64,000 bases of DNA, from NCBI RefSeq assembly GCF_033153115.1, contig NW_026889800.1, positions 7,502,001 to 7,566,000 on the forward strand. Direction: 5' to 3'. A program made the translations under genes and the position numbers. Positions 22,590-35,393 of the stretch are shown one piece after another. Source of the stretch: Saccostrea echinata (lineage: Eukaryota). The notes beneath the pieces were generated by a model that saw only the letters and a program-made list of their open reading frames with translations, had not been told where the DNA came from and did not search any database. Numbering within the stretch: position 1 is the first letter of the stretch; every line of letters starts with the position of its first letter.

Positions 22590-23615
22590 AAAATTACAAA
22601 GCTCACCTCAACAAATGTTATCTATAAGTAAAGCAAATCTCACATATTTTTTTCTACTTAGTGTGCATCCCAAGATCAATATTCATGCAAGTTTCATTTA
22701 AGTAGAGCTTGTAGTTACTTGGAAATGGACCTGCTCTAAAAACTTTGACCTGTTCACTAATCAAAAATATGTTGGTCAGTTCCAACATCTGAAGCAAGTC
22801 TTGAAGTGTCCATCCTAAGATGCATCATCTATGCAAGTTTAATCATAACCCGCCATATAATTATAGAGCTACTCCAAAAAAACATTACCCTGGTCACTCA
22901 TCTGCAAAATGTAGGTCAGATTTAGAATCCAAAGCAAGCTAAGTCTAGAAGTGCCTATGCATAGATACATCATCCAATGCTTATTTGGTTAAAGGATGGC
23001 TAAAAATCACTAATCTGGAAAATAAGGGTCAGATACAGCATCTGAAGAAGGTTGGGTAGTGTCCATCCTTAGATTCATCATCAATGAAAGTTTGGTCCAG
23101 GTATAGGGCTTATTGTTACTTGGGAATGAACCTGCTCCTAAAACTTTAACATGGTCACTCATCTTGACAATGTAAGTCAGATCCAGTATCTAAATCAAGT
23201 CTGGTAGTGTCCTTTCCTAAATGCATCATCCACGCAAGTTTGGTCCAGGTAGAGCTTATAGTTACTTGGAAATGGACCTGTTCAAAAAACTTTAACCTAG
23301 TCACTCATCTGGAAAATCTTGGTCAGATCCAGCATCTGAAGCAAGTCTGGTAGTGTCCAACCCTAGATGCATCATCCTTGCAAGTTTAGTCCAGGTATGT
23401 CTTACACTTACTTAGGAATGGACCTGTTCCAAAAACTTTAACCTGGTCATTCATCTGGAAAATATAGGTCAGATCCAGCATCCAAATCAAGTCCATGCAT
23501 TCCTAGATGCATCATCCTTGCAAGTTTGGTCCAGGTAGGGCTTATAGTTGCTTGGGAATGGACTTCTTCCTAAAACTTTAACCGGGACACCGACTTAGTC
23601 AAGGTGAGCTAAAAA
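22590..23615 (-). mobile_element. Helentron/HINE-like non-autonomous element with internal ~143-bp tandem array
   Basis: Ends in AGGTGAGCTAAAAA (reverse complement of the TTTTAGCTCACCT 5' motif); ~6 units containing ATGCATCATCC.TGCAAGTTTGGTCCAGGTA...AAAACTTTAACCTGGTCACTCATCTGGAAAAT..AGGTCAGATCCAGCATC. Confidence 0.72.
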
Positions 23616-26394
23616 TTAGTTTAACAATAACATTAGGAAAAGTCTAACAGTTGTCTAACTGAGACTGAGCCTGATTGGGAAAGGCACCTAGTAGTAGTAG
23701 TACAAAGAACCATGTACTAAATATTAAATATATGGACAGGCCACTTAAACTTTGTGTCTTGACATTAACCTGCATGTGGTCATCAGATCTCCACATAACC
23801 TACTTAATTACATACATGCATGAAAATAGACTAGAAAAGTTTGTAAAGCACAGAGTAACTAGTGGTTATATTCTACCTGAAAGAATATACTTAAGATGAA
23901 AACCATGACCTTATATGAAAGAATTTATTCCACTTCATCAAATGTAAATTCTCTGCATTATACTTCAAAAGTAGTAATCAAAACTATACCCAGCACTTCC
24001 AACAGATACACAACACAGTATTATGCAAGATTAAAGTGGACCTTCTACAGATCCAACATAACCCAACACCTATCTGTATTATAAACATAGTCCAAAAAAT
24101 CTCTTTGTTAAATGCCATTTCTAAAGGATTTTGCAGCATGCGAGGAAGCATTGTTGTAAGCCACAGGTTTTTGTGTTCATTCTATATGGATTTTCTACAA
24201 ACCCGGTTTGTGGAAAAAGAATGGAAACAAAAACATGTGGCTTGTGATAATAGTGACTGGTCTCAACATTTAAGTTTGTCAGATGGACTGCTACAGTCCA
24301 CTGAGACTAGCATTCATCAGACGCAGTGAAAACAAGTTTTGCTGAGGAGCACCTGCTTAAATTCAACACTATATGATCTAGGACCAAGTTACAGGCCATT
24401 TTAAACATTTGGTTAATTTCAGAGGGGACTTCATAACTTTTACCCAATTGGTCAAACAATTTCTATAACATAAACCAATATTTGTATAACAACTAAGCAC
24501 TAGTTTCTCTTGTAATTTTTTTTCTTTCTACCCTAGGCTATTCAAGCTAAGGTTTAATGGCTTATAAATATGTCAAATTTTAGATTAATTTAACACACAA
24601 CAAGTCATTGGAAATATTCTGAAAGATACAAATCAAATTCAATAATATGATTATCAGTCAAGTGAAAACTTAATATTAAGTTACCTGCCATTTCTGATAT
24701 ATTGATTTGTACCTTAGATAATTAAACCTAATATTAAAGAATACAACTGCAAGATTCCATTTTTAAGACTATATGAAAGACAAAAAATAAAAATATTACA
24801 ATCATAACGTTAACTTTTCTTTTTGAAATTTAATTTGCCTTATGTATATAATATTTTCTGCTTGTTCAATGATTTGACCTCAGGTAAGTTCATATACCTC
24901 GGAACAATATATTTATATTGTAAAAAATTTTGATCATACACTATAACTATCTATAAACTTAATTTACAAGCTACCTATGTCAGAAATATAAGCATACCCT
25001 CTCTGATGAGCAAATCTGTTGTTTGAACAATTCAAACATTATAAAAACTTAAAATGACTGACTCTGGAGATTTAAAAATCTATGTTAAGTAGATTCCTGA
25101 TCGCCCACAGCTTTTCGAAGTAAATTCTGGATAAATAACAAGAGTTTTACTGATCAACTTCTGCAGATTTACAGATTATAATTTTCACCGGCAAATTCAC
25201 ACCTACATAGGACAATCCTTGTTTTCCTGTGGTTTACATACATGTACGCCCCTGTTTTCGTCACTGCACCTGTGGGCACATGTCTGTTTTTATCACACAA
25301 CGTACTCATCTGTTGACAGGAGTTTGTTCACCTGGACAGATTACTCAAAAATCAAACCGGTCTGACATCAATGCATACTAAACACCTTAACTTTCCAACA
25401 TGTCAGACTGACTTATAGTCTTTCTGCTATATTAGTTCCCAAGTATATGTATTCATTAACTAGCTGGGACAATCATTGATGTATATCCTAAAATTCTGTG
25501 CTTAATATTTAGAAAAATCAAAAATCTTTTACATTTGATATTAATTGAAAAATTAGACCAGCATTGGACCTTTTTTCATGCATGTATTTAAGAAAAATGT
25601 AAACTTTTAAATTTTGACTAGCTATTTAAAAATATGAAAAATTTAGCATGCATAAACCACAAAAACTTTAATACCTGATATTACCTTATGTTTTACCTGT
25701 AAGACCCAAACTACTGAAATAACTATTCTAACATGTCTAAGGTGGTAGTAAAATCCCTTTGTGTGTATATTATACCTTTCCCTGCTCTCACTGTTCAGGT
25801 CTAGCCATTATCAGCAGAATAACGGGTACCCACATATAATGGCCACCCACTCTGTCATCGGCATTGAACCACATTACATCACAGAACTTTCAAGCTGAAT
25901 GCTTTATTACTATACACCTTTAATATAAGTTTAAGTTTATAACCAAGCCCAGCCCATACAACCCCTTGTTGTGTTACATAAAAGAAATCTACTACCTACA
26001 GACACAAGTGGAATAGGAAACATTAAACTTCTATTAATATATGTCTTAGACCACTAGTCTTTCTTAAACATGTTAAATAAAATTTATCAGTCTTTGTAGA
26101 CTTTTCTTGGTTGTCTAAACAATAAAGAGCTTCTGATCAATGCATTTCCTGTAGGTGATTATTTATGCACTTGGAGTCTGTTCATTGTACAGTACATATG
26201 CAGTAAATGTAGTGAGAAAATGTCACAGTCTGCATTATGTAATTGGATATGCATTTCTGTTTTACTGCATGCATACTTAAATGAATGCAATGATAGATCA
26301 TATACACTGATATTATCTCACACTATAGTTTTAAAGTCTAAATTTCCCCTCTTTCATCTCCTCTCGGCCCTCTTTCTTTCATTTCTTTTATATT

Positions 26395-26526
26395 GAGGAG
26401 GAGTTCAGCTTTCCCTATGTGCATTGTCTCATACATTGCATTGGACCAGGACTCGAAACCGGGACCCCTGCATCACTAGTCAGGTGTTCTACGGACTGAG
26501 CTACCCAGGCCGATGTCCACGGCCCA
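26395..26526 (-). mobile_element. tRNA-derived SINE head (tRNA-Thr-like, AGT at the anticodon position)
   Basis: Minus: GGCCTGGGTAGCTCAGTCCGTAGAACACCTGACTAGTGATGCAGGGGTCCCGGTTTCGAGTCCTGGTCCA, with A box (TAGCTCAG) and B box (GTTTCGAGTCC); acceptor stem imperfect. Confidence 0.75.
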
Positions 26527-26594
26527 AACTATTACTCTAGTTTACTGCTAGTAAATTAGTATACTGTATGAAACAATTAAGCCCCTGTGGGTTT

Positions 26595-26698
26595 GGGCCG
26601 TGGTCTGGATAGCTCTCTTTGTAGAGCTGACAAGTGATGCAGGGGTCCCAGGTTTGATGCCTGGTCCAGAAATACATTTTCTCCTTTTCAGTTACATT
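26595..26698 (+). mobile_element. Second, more degraded tRNA-derived SINE in the opposite orientation
   Basis: GGGCCGTGGTCTGGATAGCTC...GTAGAGCTGACAAGTGATGCAGGGGTCCCAGGTTTGATGCCTGGTCCA aligns with the minus-strand copy; the tail differs. Confidence 0.7.
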
Positions 26699-26723
26699 TT
26701 TTTTTTATGTATACATATAATAC

Positions 26724-27891
26724 TAATTCGAGATTCCTCTGACTCCAACCCCTGCTTTTATATTTTGACATGTGCAGGGGAGATATCAAAATATAAAAGC
26801 AGGGGTTACTCAGCAGTCTAGAAGAACTCCAAAAACAGCGTTTCCGGAAGTAAGAAATTGAGACAGAAAAAGACTCCGAAAAAAGAGTTCGCACATGCGC
26901 AGACACACAAAAAATGGCGATTTTTCAGCAAAAATGATGCGTCTACAAAAACTGTCCGTGCAAAGTCTTGGAAAGTATGGCAATTATACCAGTACTCAGA
27001 AATGCTAAATAAAAGGTTTCGGAAGAGATCGTATTTGTCAGATTTTAGATTCTATTTGCAAATAAAGAGATATTTACTTTCAAAGTTGACGTTTCAAGTC
27101 AGATCAATTATGTGAGAAAATTATACGTTTGAGAATTAATCATGCTTAAAAAAGGGAAATATATTTAAAATGGAACAATTTATATTGTATCTGTAAAAAC
27201 TTTTACACATTTTACAAATTTATTATTATTTCGGTATTTTAATTGTGTTCGACATCTGAATTGAAAGCATGAGTTCTCACCATCGTTATTTACCGATTTT
27301 TTTTATCCAATACGAACAGATATTATCATGAAAACATTTTAAAACCATTATCTATCAATTTGAAAACTTAAAAAATCATTCTTTCAAAAAATTAACGTCA
27401 CAACAGGTTTTCTAAAAATGAACGTTAATATCTCTGCTCCGTGGTGAAAACTGTGCATTTTCTGATTAAATAAATACAATTTGGGTGTCTTTAAAATAAA
27501 ATTTAGGCATCTTTATTGTAAGAACGACATAAATTTTAAATCAAGGAGACAATATATTAATTAAAAAATTAATTCCTACCTGCATTATTGAATTCGATGT
27601 CGTATATCCAAAATCACTATTTAATGCAAGAGTTGGAAGCGACAAATAAGTCAATATCTACTATATAATTTAAAATGTTTAATTATTCATTCAAAAAAAT
27701 TAAAATAAAGTCACAGTGTAATAAATATAGCCATTTAGTGGTTGTATATTTGAAGAAAGCGAACGGATATCCATTGTTTGTTTACATCGGACGCCATTTT
27801 GCCGCAATGCATGATGGAGCCAAAGACTTCTTTTTTGGAGTTCACGCCGTTTTTGGAGTTCGTCTAGACTGCTCAGAGGAATCTCGGATTA
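26724..27891. mobile_element. Inverted-repeat-bounded element; left arm interrupted by a 22-bp-stem hairpin
   Basis: Left: TAATTCGAGATTCCTCTG[~70 bp]AGCAGTCTAGAAGAACTCCAAAAACAGCG. Right: CGCCGTTTTTGGAGTTCGTCTAGACTGCTCAGAGGAATCTCGGATTA. Confidence 0.75.
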
Positions 27892-29260
27892 ACATAAATA
27901 CATGGTGCACCACTAATAAATATTCCCGTTTTCGACTCATTATGCCATAATGAAGTCTATCTCTTTTAAGCTCAAAGGAGAGCATCAAAACGTACCCACA
28001 CAATACACCAATTATCAAAGTAATAATACTAAGGCTATACCACATGCCACACCTACCGCACGATACACCTATGGAAAGAGGAAATTCGAGTCAGACAGTT
28101 GCAGCTGCCGATCTGCATTGCCTAATGAATGTTATCGATTTACTATGTATTACATGTCTCTTTATACGCATGATACAACAGTGTGTTTTTCCATATTATA
28201 CTTACATAATTAGTAAAACATATCCTGTCCTAAAGGTCCCTGCCCGCGCCTCATAGATGTCGTTTACTCTCTCTGCAGATCGACTCCGTATCAAGGGCGA
28301 TAACTCGTGTAATAGTTATGCATAGCACCTTATAGTTGTAAGCCATAATAGATTTTTTTAAAAGAAAAAAAATGTGCTACATCTTTAATGCACTAATTAT
28401 GAAGAAAAAATATTGATCCTTTAAAAGAGTTTAATTGTGCTGTGTCTCAGCCATGCAGATTCATTTCCTATTGGAAATTAATTTAGGTTATACATAATGT
28501 AGTTGGATGATTCATCAAAAATTTAAAGGAACAGCTAGGTGCAATCCTTGTCTGATCCCTGGCATAATTTCATTTATAGATGTAAAATTTCCAAAGGCTT
28601 GGAATCAATTAAATTGATTTGAATTAATGCATCTACATGTATTGAATTAATATAATGAGCTCTGTCACTTCCTTATTGGCTGCATTTCATTTCCCAAAAT
28701 TTTTAAGCGGCATTCCTTAAAGATACTGCATGTATTGACTCTAAGAAATTATAGTGGAACAGTTCTCTTCCACAGAAATAAAAATCGCTAGCCATAATCA
28801 GAAATACAATCAACTGTTTCTATGAGCTATATATGACAACTGTATTAATTAAATGACCAAAAAAGTACACAGAAAGTTATTTTATTAATACATTGTTTTC
28901 TGGTACAGAAGTAAAACTATGATGCAGACAGGTAGCTGCTTAATAAAGGTAAATATTTACAACAACATAAAGCAAATAGTCTCTCAATACAGCTAGTTTG
29001 ACTCCATGTAAGAAGTACTGACTATTGTTGAACTAATCAATTTGTAGATATTTCTTTAGAAATTCACATCTTATCATTTCTTTACAGAACTTGGCCAATT
29101 TGTCCAAAAATTCACAATTGGACATATTTCCTATGAAATTCACACTTTAATACATATATTTAAAAAAACTTTCACAATTTTCCTTATATTCAGTAAATGT
29201 TCACAAATGTCACATTTATGGTACCACTAGGAGAGATAAGGATAATGAGGTCTTTGAAGG

Positions 29261-32200
29261 TCACACTGTGACAATGTCTTTACTGGAGATTCTTGATACA
29301 ATGGCTTCAACTGGACTACAGGCTGACAGCTCAGTGTCGGAAATCTTGTAAACCTTCAAAGAAAGAAAAGAAATATCCTCTGGAAATTTCAGTCTGCCTA
29401 ATATTATTTTTAATTTGATAGTTAAGTTAAGTCTACATACCTCAAGTACATCATGACTGCATAAAACTGAGCTTTACAATACAATGTATTGTCATTTATA
29501 CCAAATTAATTCTTGCTTTGAAAGATTCATTTTGTGAAAAGTATGAGATTAGTTTCAATTCCTTATTTTTCATCATTTTTATGACAATTTCACAGGGCTC
29601 AACATTAAGGAAGTCCAACCAACTCAGACTAGTAAAAGTTTGGTTTGGTCTAGTTTATTTTGCGTCAAGGTATCCTAACTGGTCGTGTAAAAATATACTG
29701 AAATACAAATGAAGCAAAAGTATTATTTTAGGATGATTCAATCTTATGTGCTTTCTTGTTTTATCTATGTGTTAGATTAGGTTTCACTTTCACATTTCGA
29801 TCCTGATGAAAAATATAATCATGAAAAGATTTGTTAGGAAAACTCTACTGATGTTATTGTACGGTTGTAATAGTTAATGGATTATGAGACATTTATTTAC
29901 ACTATTTTACATGTAGTATACACATCAATAATTTACCAATCTTGCTGCCATGTGTGTACAGTTTAAACTCTTCCCAGAGTTATCCTTCCTGCTCGGTCAT
30001 ATTAAAACTGCATGTTGCACAGTTTACATTTTAATTTAACCAGGCCTTGAACAAAAGTGAGTTGAAATATGACATATCTCCCTTTTTGATATTTTTCTTG
30101 AATTCAACAATAAGAAATTCAGTTGATAATATAAATTTTTTTTCAAAAAGACCAACTTGTGATTACCATCAATTTATTGATAATGTCATTATTCAACCAT
30201 AGGGATTTTTTCATGTCAATATTTCATTCTCTATCAAGAATTGTCATTTCCACTATGCTCCCACATACGCCTCTGTCAACACCCCTTATACAAGATTCTG
30301 GAAAATTTGTAAAATGGTGAAAAATTGTATTCAAAATTGTTTTAAATTATATTACAGTGAAACCGGCCTGTCTAATCCATCATGCACTGGAAGACAAATT
30401 TTGGGTCCGTCACTGTTAGAATAGACAGGATGTTGTATTACACAGTGTAAAGAAAATGAAATATAGTAAAATGGGAATAAATATAAGGGTCAGAATTCAC
30501 AGTACAACAGATTGTACAGGTGTTGTATTAGAAAGTTTTCATCATTTTTATCAGTAAAAAGAATTTATTTTTAATCTATAATCACTTTAAAAGTATTTTT
30601 GTAGTCCAGAGCTCCAGATTAGGTGCATATTTGCAGAAGTATGCATTTAAGTTGTCAAAATACGCATTAAAAATTAAAACAAGGTGTACAATTATGCATT
30701 AGCAATCATAAATAAGCATTACACTACAAAAGTACTGCGTACAATGGATTGAATGATACAAGTACGATTTAACTAATTATGTGAATTGATGTCAGCTCAG
30801 TGTTTGAATTTATATCAAAAGGAAATTTTGATTTATAAGCGTATTCGGAATAACCTAGGCCGATTTCCAGTTCGAGAGAAAGATTTGAATATTAAATACT
30901 CATATTTTTTCTGAAAATATTACAGATTTCCACTGTTCATATAACATCCTAATTTTCGTTCTTGACGTGTACACGTCGATATTGTCAAAATTGCGCAAAA
31001 CATGCATGGTGCCTATTTTATCCTTTATCACTGTTTATTAAACAGTTCTTATATACACTGTATTTATCATTTTCCCGAGCAATAACATCATCTAAAGTAC
31101 GCCGACAACCTTTATTAACTGTATGAAAATAATTGTTTTTTGCTTTCCACATGCTCCTTTGCTATATATAGCGCCTCGCAACTTTTAATGCAAACGGGGA
31201 GCAACTCCAAAACTTTTACCTCGATGCCAACAATTTATATAGCAAAACCTAATATATATTTTTGATAACAAAAAACAAAACAAGAACAAAAACAACGTGG
31301 CGGGACATTTTGAGAGGGGCAGGTGGGGATGATAATCTAAAGATTAATTTTGTCTGGCCAAAGGAAGGATATTTTTCTTGGTAACTCTTGCTACGATCGA
31401 TATAGGCCTAATCTTAAATGGAGTTCTATGTGCCCTTGGTAGCTTTGCCTACCGTATGGTCTTTCTGGCGAAAGAAACGAAATGTTTCTCAGTTATACAT
31501 GTAGCTTAAAGTTGACAATTTTTTTTAAAAATTCCATTAAGCTAATTGATAAATGCGAAAAATGTCCTTTATTTTTTACATTCTTCTCTGAAAAACACTT
31601 ATTTCGATAACAAGCTAAAAATCGCATTAGATGTCAAAAGAGCAATAGGTTAACAAAATACTTTTTGATTATTTTGCTAAATATCAAAATCTGCATTGAT
31701 TTGAAAATCAAGGAGTAAATACACTTTGAGGTGAAAAATTATCTGGATCTCTGTAGTCTTTGTGGAATGAAGGGACACTCAAATTCAGGTCCTCAATGAA
31801 GTTTTAAAATGACAAAGTTCAGTATCATGTATGTGCATCAACCACGAAATTCAATCCCATAAATCAGTATATTTTCTGCAAACAATGTAAATTGAACCAG
31901 TAAAATTTTCAAATACTAGTCCGATTGGTCTATAGCTTGTTTGTTTTAAAGTTAATGTTGAGCCCTGTGTCAACACTGTTTTCTGAAAATAAATACCTAA
32001 GGAATATCTACGGAAACAAAACTGACCTTCTTGATTGTTGGTAAATCTGAGTGTTTCCCGACCTCATTTATATTTGTAAGTTGACCTTTAACCTTGTTCC
32101 TCACTGCCTGACATGTGGCACCATCTGTATCATTGACTATAACCACAAACATGGAGGTCTCACTGTCTGCTAGACCAAACTTACGAAAGGAATCTGAAAT

Positions 32201-34942
32201 CTATTTTAAGTTATACTGATAAAAAATGAAAACAAAGTGCTTTTAACTATCATTTTTAATTGGTAAGACATACTTTCCAAATTTCAAGTTATTTTCATTT
32301 CAATTATGGGTCTAATGACAAAAAAAAAACAACAACACGTATTTATTATCTAACACCCCTGCAGTATTGTGTTGCCTGGGCTCTCAAAAGATTTTACATG
32401 CAGATAGTAAAACATAATGGTTAGAGTTAACTGAAAGCTAGAATTTACACTTTTATTTTAAATCATGGCTATTTAATATGTAATATTTCTGGTTAAAGGA
32501 GGCAATCTACAAAGAGTATCCATGACATACTTTTATAAAATACCACAGTCTATTCCTAAGCCTAAGGGTAATTATTAATTCCACATCTTTGTGTTTGTGT
32601 CAACCTGCTCTTTCCATTCATTCCACACCTTGTATCAGGGGTTAATTGCCCCTTATTGGTAAAGGATCCTCTACCCTTTCAATATTGGAAATTTTAGATT
32701 AAAAAGATAGCAAAATTTATGAATAGCAATGATTTATCGATATGATCATGTTTTACTTCAGAGTAAAGACAAATTATAGCCTTATCATCTATTCACATCT
32801 TTATTTAAGAAATAAAGTCCACGTTATCGTGAATGTTGCAGGATAACCTCCGAGGTCGAGAAATGTTGTCTGAAATATAAAAGCCGAGGCGTTAGCCGAG
32901 GCTTTTATATTTCAGACAACATTTCGAGACCGAGGAGGTTATCCTGCATCATTCACGACAACAAGGACTTTATTTCTATTCTACTAACGGCTCTAAAATA
33001 CAGTTGATCGTTTTCTCTAACGAGAAACGAATTAGGTCACCATGTCGCAATTCCGCTGTTCCATTTAACACCAGAGGGTCCATCGATTGCATAAAATGCA
33101 GACGATTTTAACTTTTGTTGGATTAAAAATATCCTTTAATTATTTATAAATTTGCTTATAACATAGATTGATTAATTTTTATGAATGAAAAATAACAAAA
33201 TCAGTTGTCTTTTTCATTGATTTATCAGTAAAATCACGGGAGTGTAAATGTTGTGGGGAGGTCCGTACAACAGCCCCATTTGGCTATAAAAATGGATATT
33301 TATCAGCTGATTCAGGCAATACACACGTTTAGACTGCGGAAGACGACACATCGATGTGGTCTAAATAAGTATTAGATTATACAGTGAAATATTTATTTCA
33401 ACTGTACAGATTTGACATGTGTTTCTGATCTGATAATTTTTTGATGACGTTCGTGATTTATTGGAGAATAATGTCCGCGGCATTTCTTTGATCTCGGCAA
33501 TAACCGTAGTAGAATCAATATTACATATAGTCTCAATATTCAAGATTTATTTTAAAGAGTACTGAAAAATTCAATCTGCTAGTCATTTAGAACTTTTTAT
33601 CTTAATCTGGATGGAAAAAAAAGAATCTGATGCAATTTTCTATTGGAACAGGGTCTTTTTACCAGACCTGCATGCAATAGATATTAACTGGGGAGCCCTG
33701 TGTATGTTATAAAAAAAAATCTAGACAACATCAATATTATTGCTTTTGAATATATGGGAATTACATGAAGTTAGAAAACATAGTATGTGAGATATTCTAC
33801 TGATTTACAGTCAGCTCGTACCCAAACCGAGTCGTACCCAAACCGAGTCGTACCCAAAGAGTCAACACTATATAATGCCATAAAATTTGCAAAGTTTATT
33901 ATGGTAATATCCATAAAGTTTATTACTTACCTGAAAAAAAAGAAGATTTTTAAAGTGTAAAATTTACGTTTCACAATTTGTTGTTTGTATGTTGTTGTTT
34001 TTATGTTTTTGTTATCTTATAGTGTGATAAAATCAGAGAAAATAGAACTATTTATATAGTCATTAACAATACACATTAAGAAATAAAATACAAGAATCAT
34101 ACAAACTATATATTTACCCTTGAAAACAATTAATTGTTTCTTCTTATGATTTAATTTTTGACATTTGAGCTTTGGGTACGAGTTGACTCTGGGTTTGGGT
34201 ACAAGTCAGTTTGGGTACGAGTTGACTGGATACAATTCTACTGACCATTCATTAACAAAAGCTAACTTGAAATCTGTGTAACAATATATCATGAAATCTA
34301 TGTACCAATATCAGCTAAAAAAAATTTTCTTAACCACTGTTAAGGTTAGGGCTTATTGTGTTTTGTGTGTTATGTTATGGATATCACACTTAATCCATTT
34401 GTCAACTTGATTCTCATGCATTAATTTAAAACTGCATTTCATTGTACTTTTTTTTAATACTTTGTGAAATACAGACTGTAATAATGAGTAACTTTACATA
34501 TTGCCACAGGATATTAATGGTCTTAAAACTACTTACATTTTTACTTGGGGAAAGACTAAACAAAACTTCAGAGTGTACATTTTTGGTCATCATTTTGTTA
34601 ACTCTGTGAAGATGAATAGCCCTGTTTGCAGCAACAATCACTTGGAATGGCTCTAAAATCTGTAAGAAAATACCATATGGATTACTTAGGAAATAATTTG
34701 CTTTGTTCAGATTGTTGATTAAAGGTTCTCATGATTTGAAAAAAAAATGTTAATTAAAGGTAAAAATTGGACAATTTAATCTGTGTATCGTTCTGTACCA
34801 TTGATGTTTTCAGGAGTGCTGCTTCAAATTCTCCACTCATGACAGATTTTCGAATTTCTGTCGCATTTTCGACGTTAGAAAATAGCATCAAAGTCATGCT
34901 GCATTCTGGATAAAGTCCACACGGAATGACCTCAGCTGCCAT
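29261..34942 (-). CDS. TPRKB: EKC/KEOPS complex subunit TPRKB (CGI-121), 4 exons, 177 aa
   Basis: Exons 34942-34799, 34659-34537, 32200-32027, 29353-29261, all phase 0. Motifs [72 protein letters not shown] on minus at 28881-28886. Confidence 0.95.
29593..31967. mobile_element. Non-autonomous DNA transposon filling most of TPRKB intron 3, with nested insertions
   Basis: TTTCA|CAGGGCTCAACATTAA...TTAATGTTGAGCCCTG|TGTCA: perfect 16-bp TIR, 4/5 TSD match. Confidence 0.78.
30607..31753. mobile_element. Nested non-autonomous DNA transposon, 5-bp TSD TAGTC
   Basis: TAGTC|CAGAGCTCCAGAT...ATCTGGATCTCTG|TAGTC. Confidence 0.82.
32808..32977. repeat. Long hairpin with CCGAGGCGTTAGCCGAGG apex (possible Crypton-type element)
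   Basis: AGAAATAAAGTCC...GGATAACCTCC...AAATGTTGTCTGAAATATAAAAGCC / GGCTTTTATATTTCAGACAACATTT...GGAGGTTATCC...GGACTTTATTTCT. Confidence 0.8.
33803..34233. mobile_element. MITE with CTCGTACCCAAA repeats in its TIRs and ~10-bp TSD (Mutator-like)
   Basis: TATTCTACTG|ATTTACAGTCAGCTCGTACCCAAACCGAGTCGTACCCAAA...TTTGGGTACGAGTTGACTGGATAC|AATTCTACTG (9/10 match). Confidence 0.8.
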
Positions 34943-35184
34943 TGTACATTAAACTTGTGAGAAAACAAATTGTCTCACATTATATATTATCTGATCATGG
35001 CCATGTTGTTGAAAATCACACTGGAAAGCACATATAGAACGGTAAATTAAGAACCTCACGAAACACTACAAATATTTCCGGATAGTTGAACGGGATTTTA
35101 AAAAAAACGGACACGGGATGTAGAGTATGTGAATGCATAGGGTAGAATGCATGGTGTCCGATATCGAATATTGATGTGCGTAAG

Positions 35185-35393
35185 CATGGCTGTAGTCCTG
35201 AACCGGGGGGGGGGGGGGCAATAATTTTGCCGATATAAGGAATACTCTAGAAAGCTTAGCTACAATAATTATGCTTTTGACCCTTCAAAAATAACGTCTG
35301 ATAACCCTCCCCCCTTTTTTTTTTTTGCTTGTCAAGGAATTCTTGGTAGTTGATAGTGCCCCCCTCCAACTGAAATTGCTTCCTACGGGCCTG
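35185..35393. mobile_element. Short MITE with G/C-run subterminal tracts between TPRKB and the LRR gene
   Basis: GTAAG|CATGGCTGTAG...G-run...C-run...CTACGGGCCTG|GTAAT. Confidence 0.55.

Noticed and set aside
26442-26511. Functional tRNA-Thr(AGT) gene
   Set aside because: Acceptor and T stems pair poorly, and a degraded relative with the same 5' extension sits next to it, as expected for a SINE.
27842-28256. Short overlapping ORFs near 28 kb
   Set aside because: No recognisable domain or consistent splice structure; partly overlaps an inverted-repeat arm.
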